Below are positions 58,559-64,000 of a stretch of DNA of 64,000 nucleotides, in pieces. The DNA lies in the NCBI GenBank assembly GCA_000165345.1, contig CM000430.1:672001-736000 (forward strand), given 5' to 3'. The first letter of the stretch is position 1. Every line of letters starts with the position of its first letter. The position numbers and the translations under genes are program-made. The notes under the pieces are model-generated. The model was not told the origin of the DNA. It did no database searches and was given only the letters and a program-made list of their open reading frames with translations.

Positions 58559-59620
58559 TCAATGTAATATTTCTTGAATAAACGTGGAAACCATTTCAAA
58601 TCCGAATTGTAGACTTATTAGCATGAATGTATAATCTTCAAAATTATCCAATATGTATATTAGTATGTGATTTAATAGTAGAATCATTGATAGCATCTTT
58701 CTTGAAAAAATAAAGAACAATTTTGCAAGTATTATTACCAATAAGTAATATTCTAGGATACGAGAATATAACTTTTTTCTTATGTTATCGAATGAATTGT
58801 TTATTTTCTCAATATAGGATGTTAATTTTGATTTTATATTTTCCAAGATAAATTCAATTTTTCTTGACAAACTTTTTTTCTTATTTCCCATAGAAACTTC
58901 TAAGTTTTTCATTAAATTTTCAATATCTTCGTCTATCAGTTTAATTTCTGTGCTAACAGATTTTGATAAATGTTGAATATAATTATTTACAGTATCTGTA
59001 TTTTCAGCTATTTTTCTGTAGGCTAATTGATCAATTGAATATTGTTTATAAAAAATAGACAAAATAACTAACTTAATAGTAAGATTTTTTGAATTGTTTT
59101 CAAATTTACTGTTTTCATTTCCAAATTTCATTATACCATAATCACCTAGATTAATTTTTGAAAGTTGATTTACAATCCTCTCAATATCTTCAAGCTCATA
59201 CTGATTATACCATTTAATGTCATAGTTACTAATTATTGTGCTATTCAAATATGGATGACTTTGATATGCTATAAATCTTTCTCTTATTTTTGATTTTGTA
59301 TTTTTATTAATTAAATCTATTAATTTTCTTAAGAATATAATATTCTTAGTTCTACCATTAAAGCCAAATATACCATTACTTCCACTCTTAGCTGCTTTCA
59401 ATAAATGAATTAACTCACTTTCTAGAATAATCCAATAACATTTTAATTCTTCTTCTTTCCTAGTAGTACATTGGTCAGTAATTAATATATCTTTTCTTAA
59501 CTCTTGCACAAAATTTTCAAAAAAATCCAAAAAATTCACTTTACACCTGATTTCACAAATTATTACTACGATTAGCAATGCGAATAGCCAAATCTGACTA
59601 CTTTTGAGCTTTGCATGCAT
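58559..59620 (-). CDS. hypothetical membrane/secreted protein
   Basis: The ORF-track start at 59641 is a GTG, and the first ATG is at 59620, giving MHAKLKSSQIWLFALLIVVIICEI (a signal peptide or anchor). There is a C-terminal hydrophobic segment. Confidence 0.35.
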   Translation of the reverse strand: MHAKLKSSQIWLFALLIVVIICEIRCKVNFLDFFENFVQELRKDILITDQCTTRKEEELKCYWIILESELIHLLKAAKSGSNGIFGFNGRTKNIIFLRKLIDLINKNTKSKIRERFIAYQSHPYLNSTIISNYDIKWYNQYELEDIERIVNQLSKINLGDYGIMKFGNENSKFENNSKNLTIKLVILSIFYKQYSIDQLAYRKIAENTDTVNNYIQHLSKSVSTEIKLIDEDIENLMKNLEVSMGNKKKSLSRKIEFILENIKSKLTSYIEKINNSFDNIRKKLYSRILEYYLLVIILAKLFFIFSRKMLSMILLLNHILIYILDNFEDYTFMLISLQFGFEMVSTFIQEILH

Positions 59621-59971
59621 GCCGGTATTAATTTTTGTCACCTATTAAAAATGAACAAACAGGCGCCAACATGTACATGCATACATTGAGAGTATTTTTT
59701 TGGCCACGTAATAAGGGAGGAAAAAAAAAAAAAAAAAATTAATCCCACACAAATTACAAACTGACATAAAATAATAAAAAAATATTATAAAGGAGGAGAC
59801 TCGTAAGGAAAATTTATGTAAAGATATGCCATAGTTGAAGGTTTTGTATATTTTTCAAGTTAATGATTAAATGTTAAAGAGCAATTTGTTAGGATTAAAA
59901 AATACACATACACACGTAAATATAAAGCAATAAATAAACTTTTTGAAGAGAAATATAATGAATTGATATAG

Positions 59972-61951
59972 ATGAAATTCATCAAATGTTCAAAGGGGCA
60001 GAAGAGAGTGTTATTAATGATAATTTTATTACTAATTTCGTACTACATTTATATTGGAGGCTTTACTTATAGCAAAAATAATAATTCCAAATATGTAGGA
60101 AGATATATACAAGCTTATAGTAAGTGCTTACACGGATATTTTCGAATTTATTGGTTGGAAATACCCAAACTGGCTTTTAAATTAACAAGTTTACTTCCAT
60201 TTGTCAAACGAGGAAGCATTCAGAAACTTTTTGATTGGGGAAATCTCACTAGATTGAATAATGAGGATTCATTATCTAAAAAACAAAGCAAGAGCTGTAA
60301 ATACCTTATTATGCTTTTAAACCCATGGGACTTACCAATTGATTGCATTTCTGAGGAATTTTTGGAGGAGAAATTTATTAGTAGTAGTAGCAAATCATCC
60401 ACATTTATAATGGAGCGTAATCTGAATGATAATCCATGGAGGAAAGAACTCTATAGAAGCATTTCGGAAAGGACAAGTAATACTAATTTTTTTGAAGATC
60501 ATATAACTCTGGCAATGCTCGTAGAAGATTTAGAAAACGAATTATCGAGTTTAATTATAGGGGAAGGCTTTCCGAAAGAAACGGGAGAGGATTATCTAAA
60601 TAGATTATTGGATATATCACTAGACTTGGAGTTTAGTGATGTAGAGTGTAAGAGAACTGTCAATATTAAGAGGCTTTGGGAATTTGGCCGTCTATATAAC
60701 GAATTAAATAAAAACAGTGAATCTTCTAAAGCTGGAGAGTCCAAATACTATAGAGAATTTTTGGCTTTTGTTTATTATAGATGCATTTATGGTGCAGAAG
60801 GCTCTAATATATCTAAGAGTCTAGAAAAGAATACAAATACTGAGCATCTTTTTATTAAGCTTGGAATTAGAGATAAAACTGACTTAAATAAAGGCTCATT
60901 CTTTGATGTGGTTTCCTGTTATCAATTAATTCCTGTCATTGGAATTGAAGATAATGAATTAGTTTCTCTTGGAAATCTATGTGGTTGGGAGTTTGAGAAA
61001 AAAAATTTCTACTCTCAAAATGACATTGATCAGGAAAAAATACACCTTATAAGACAACACATAGTCCAAATCGATGAGATTTATTCAAAGTTAGATATTA
61101 TTCGGCTAAACAACAAGTATTATCAGAATCTAACTAAAGAAAATGAAATGGAGGACTTTCAGACAAGCTATTTTAACCAAATAATACTTCTGTTGAAGAA
61201 GACTACTAGGCAAATAATGATTCAATATACCTTTATGTCTGAAGAAATCGGCAACTTTATTAATTCTTCAAGGAAATTTGATCAAAGTTTTGAAGCCAAA
61301 TCCCCAAAAAGCCCTAGTGTCTATCCTATTATATCAACTACCGATCTCAAAAATAATATTTCCAATCATTACAATAAACAAATTTCAGATTCTATCAACT
61401 GGAAACAACTCATATCAAGTATAGTTGACAACACACAAAACATCCTGGTGAGGGAACACATCAACACAATGTTAATCAATTTCCTATTCGATGCAATTAT
61501 TAACATGCTGAATCCCTGGATAAGCTTGTTCTATCAAGCAAGTTTTATCATTAATTCTTATCTGAGCATTATATCTTTTCTATTGGTTATAGTAGCAATC
61601 CTGGTATGCTTTAACACAATTCCATGCTTCAGAAATGAAAAAGATGAGAAAAAGTCACAAAGTATTTGGTCAAAAGTTTTGAGAATTTACAAGGCTAATG
61701 TAATTGTTATATTATTGAATGCAATTCTTATTTTGGGCGGGCTAATTAGGTATTTATATTTGCCTAATGAAATTGAGCTTTTAAACACAAATATAGCAAT
61801 AATAAAAGCAGTCAATAAGGTATTTAATATTGTACTCTGTCCATGTGTGGTGAATATAATAACATCATTTTCTACAGTTTTTTCAATTTTTCAGTGGCAA
61901 TTAATATGGATGAGCAGAAAACTCTCGTTTTCGAGCTTAATTAATTTATAA
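59972..61951 (+). CDS. hypothetical multi-pass membrane protein (659 aa)
   Basis: It has an N-terminal TM (VLLMIILLLISYYIYIGGF) and a C-terminal cluster of 3-4 hydrophobic helices. There are no recognisable motifs. Confidence 0.4.
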   Translation: MKFIKCSKGQKRVLLMIILLLISYYIYIGGFTYSKNNNSKYVGRYIQAYSKCLHGYFRIYWLEIPKLAFKLTSLLPFVKRGSIQKLFDWGNLTRLNNEDSLSKKQSKSCKYLIMLLNPWDLPIDCISEEFLEEKFISSSSKSSTFIMERNLNDNPWRKELYRSISERTSNTNFFEDHITLAMLVEDLENELSSLIIGEGFPKETGEDYLNRLLDISLDLEFSDVECKRTVNIKRLWEFGRLYNELNKNSESSKAGESKYYREFLAFVYYRCIYGAEGSNISKSLEKNTNTEHLFIKLGIRDKTDLNKGSFFDVVSCYQLIPVIGIEDNELVSLGNLCGWEFEKKNFYSQNDIDQEKIHLIRQHIVQIDEIYSKLDIIRLNNKYYQNLTKENEMEDFQTSYFNQIILLLKKTTRQIMIQYTFMSEEIGNFINSSRKFDQSFEAKSPKSPSVYPIISTTDLKNNISNHYNKQISDSINWKQLISSIVDNTQNILVREHINTMLINFLFDAIINMLNPWISLFYQASFIINSYLSIISFLLVIVAILVCFNTIPCFRNEKDEKKSQSIWSKVLRIYKANVIVILLNAILILGGLIRYLYLPNEIELLNTNIAIIKAVNKVFNIVLCPCVVNIITSFSTVFSIFQWQLIWMSRKLSFSSLINL

Positions 61952-62528
61952 TGGTAGATCTAGACTATAAATGGACATGGTAGGAAAATAATATTTTTTC
62001 AGAACAATTTTTGCAAGTAAAAAAAAATAGAGGAGAAACCCCTTACTTGCTAGATTTTACATGTACTAGAGAGTTATAGAAGAGAAAAGGAACGAATTAA
62101 AAAAAAAAGTTTGGAATAAAAAGCAAAATAAAGTACTGAGGATAGATTGAATTGGGAAAATAATTGCGATAAGTTGGGAAGAAAATAAAGGTTTCATGAT
62201 ATATATGTGACTGAATAAGACTATATATTATTGGAATAGTTAATAAACAGGTTTGAAAGAAAAATTAGTAATATTTAATCCAGGATAAAGTTGCAGGTTA
62301 AAAGATTCAAGACACAAAAATACTCACATGATATATATAAATATATGCAAAAAAAGGTAAAAGAGTGATTTGGCTATTTGGAAGTGCTTATTACTCATTT
62401 CGTATATTTATACATATATATGTATTTATATTTTTATACATATATATGTATAAATATATAATATGTATACATGTATATAAATAGTGAGAGAAATTGAATT
62501 AGATTATTGAAACATAATTGGTGGAAAT

Positions 62529-64000
62529 ATGGAATCATCAAAGTACAAGCTATTAGAGACAGGATTTTGGAGTGAAATGCCATCAAAAATGAAGATAGAA
62601 TCACTAAAATCCCAAGAAATTAGTGGAGTAAAACAAACAAGTGTTGAGACAATGCATCCAATAATAGGGCAGGATCAATGGACAAATGGTATGGAATGCC
62701 TAATAAGTTCAGAAGGAAAAGATGGAAACTCAATTGATTCAAAAGATCTAGATAATAGCGAAGGATTAGTTGTTGTAGGCGGAGTAATTGAACAAAATAA
62801 GAACGAAATAATAGGAGGATTGGGTTTGGAATCTTCGGTAATTTCAATGAATAATGGTTTTGGTGGAGGTAATAATGATCCATTAAAAAGTTCGGATGAT
62901 TTAAGTATAGGATTGTCCCCAAAGAGGTCAAAATGCATGTTGAATGATGGTTTAGAGTTGGAGTCAGCAATAGCTACAAATGGTAGTGGGGTTGCAGGAG
63001 GTTCATGTTCAGCAGTAGGGAAATCTTCCCTAAAGTGGAATGGCGGAGGGACAGGTAGTAATAATGGTGGAATAGTGACACCATGTTCAGGCCAAGATAG
63101 CAGCCATATAGTGACTCCACCACCTCCAATGAACCATTCTTATCGACAACTTGGAAGTATGAATGCTTCAACAATATCAACAACTCCAACAAGAAGTATT
63201 CACCACAGTGCAGGGGTAGATGTTGACTTAGATTTGGATGTTGAAATAGATGAAGAGGAGATAGTTGATGATGAAGCAGATTTAAATAACCAAGATGAAC
63301 CTAATGTTGGTTTGAGTGGAAGCTCTCGGGCTAATAGCGACGTTGGAGGCGGCAGTGGAAATGGAGGAAGTGGCAGTGGGGGATCATTGTTTAGTGGAAC
63401 TCAGAACGGTATATTCTTCATTAAGAAGAACAATGGAGGTAATGGAGTTAATAGTCACCACCATCATCACCATAATCAAGGAGGAAGCGGTGGCCAGACA
63501 AAGCCAAGTGGAGGATTAGGAGTGACCCAAACTAGCGATCAGTATAAAAGCGGATACAAAGGTGTATCTTGGAATAAAAGGATGCAGAGTTGGCTGGCAT
63601 TTTGGACTGAGGGTCAAAGACGTAGAAGTAAGACTTTTAACTCTAAGATATATGGGTTTGATGTGGCTAGGAGCGAAGCAATAGCATTTTTGAAGGCAAA
63701 GCAAAGCGAATTACAGAGTATTGGTCAGCTTCCAAGTAAGAAATCAGTGCAATATATTCGTTCAAACATGGATGAATTATCATCTTTAAAGAGTATGAAT
63801 GGCATGTATTTATCAAATATGATTTCAGGAAGAAATTTGAATAGTATTGCGAGGCCAAAGTTTGGGGGTATTTTGAAATCGCAGAAAGGAGATATGCTTT
63901 GTGATTATGATGATGGGCATGAAGGAACTTCTTTAAGTGGAATTGGAGCAGTAATAGGAAACAATGAAACTAATGAGGGATTAATATTGGATAATTTGTC
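62529..64000 (+). CDS. ApiAP2 transcription factor (partial; runs off the 3' end of the window)
   Basis: I found an open frame from the ATG at 62529 to the window end by manual translation. It is missing from the ORF track, presumably because it lacks a stop codon. The AP2 DNA-binding domain at about 63549..63720 is YKGVSWNKRMQSWLAFWTEGQRRRSKTFNSKIYGFDVARSEAIAFLKAK, and the N-terminus is low complexity. Confidence 0.7.
   Translation, partial: MESSKYKLLETGFWSEMPSKMKIESLKSQEISGVKQTSVETMHPIIGQDQWTNGMECLISSEGKDGNSIDSKDLDNSEGLVVVGGVIEQNKNEIIGGLGLESSVISMNNGFGGGNNDPLKSSDDLSIGLSPKRSKCMLNDGLELESAIATNGSGVAGGSCSAVGKSSLKWNGGGTGSNNGGIVTPCSGQDSSHIVTPPPPMNHSYRQLGSMNASTISTTPTRSIHHSAGVDVDLDLDVEIDEEEIVDDEADLNNQDEPNVGLSGSSRANSDVGGGSGNGGSGSGGSLFSGTQNGIFFIKKNNGGNGVNSHHHHHHNQGGSGGQTKPSGGLGVTQTSDQYKSGYKGVSWNKRMQSWLAFWTEGQRRRSKTFNSKIYGFDVARSEAIAFLKAKQSELQSIGQLPSKKSVQYIRSNMDELSSLKSMNGMYLSNMISGRNLNSIARPKFGGILKSQKGDMLCDYDDGHEGTSLSGIGAVIGNNETNEGLILDNL

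Noticed and set aside
62620-63192. Minus-strand ORFs 62620..62970, 62675..62938 and 62974..63192
   Set aside because: They overlap the long open + strand ApiAP2 frame antisense and are low complexity.

Overview
This is AT-rich (~30% GC), gene-dense eukaryotic nuclear DNA with roughly 26 protein-coding genes in 64 kb. It looks like Cryptosporidium (C. parvum/hominis-like). The reasons are a tandem phosphoglucomutase pair, very compact intergenic regions, a few short GTAAGT...YAG introns, and intergenic regions full of E2F-like GGCGGGAA/TTGGCGCC boxes and TGCATGCA boxes. There are no prokaryotic features (no CRISPR, operons or IS elements) and no rRNA or tRNA genes that I can see.

Confident calls by protein family are: ArfGAP, a TTC27-like TPR protein, two phosphoglucomutases (one with a signal peptide and an N-terminal extension), a cathepsin C-like cysteine protease, HYOU1/GRP170, PAN3, proteasome Rpn12 (PSMD8), a dynamin-related GTPase, ARF1, PDCD2, SDA1, TERT, a USP deubiquitinase, and an ApiAP2 gene cut off by the window end. 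The rest are secreted, membrane or low-complexity hypothetical proteins, including a Thr-rich mucin-like secreted protein and a Gly/Arg-repeat protein.

I derived several intron-containing gene models by hand (dynamin, PDCD2, SDA1, TERT, Rpn12, and a small gene at 39386). I also corrected several ORF-track starts that used GTG/TTG codons. Several genes contain in-frame tandem repeats that could be polymorphic.

The most interesting observations are these. First, about 1.35 kb of the two PGM copies is almost identical and then diverges sharply at the 3' end, which looks like gene conversion. The second copy carries a signal peptide, which recalls parafusin. Second, the TERT gene has a predicted 98-nt intron near its 3' end and a Ser-rich insertion. 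Third, a consistent set of cis motifs recurs through the intergenic regions: E2F-like boxes, TGCATGCA, a new ACGCCGGTATA-like motif, and a C-tract followed by TATTTTAAAG. An exact 16-mer, TGCATGCAAAATTGAA, is shared by two convergent 3'/3' intergenic regions that also carry E2F palindromes. These could be unannotated antisense or ncRNA promoters. I found no candidate for a novel multi-gene 'system' in the prokaryotic sense.
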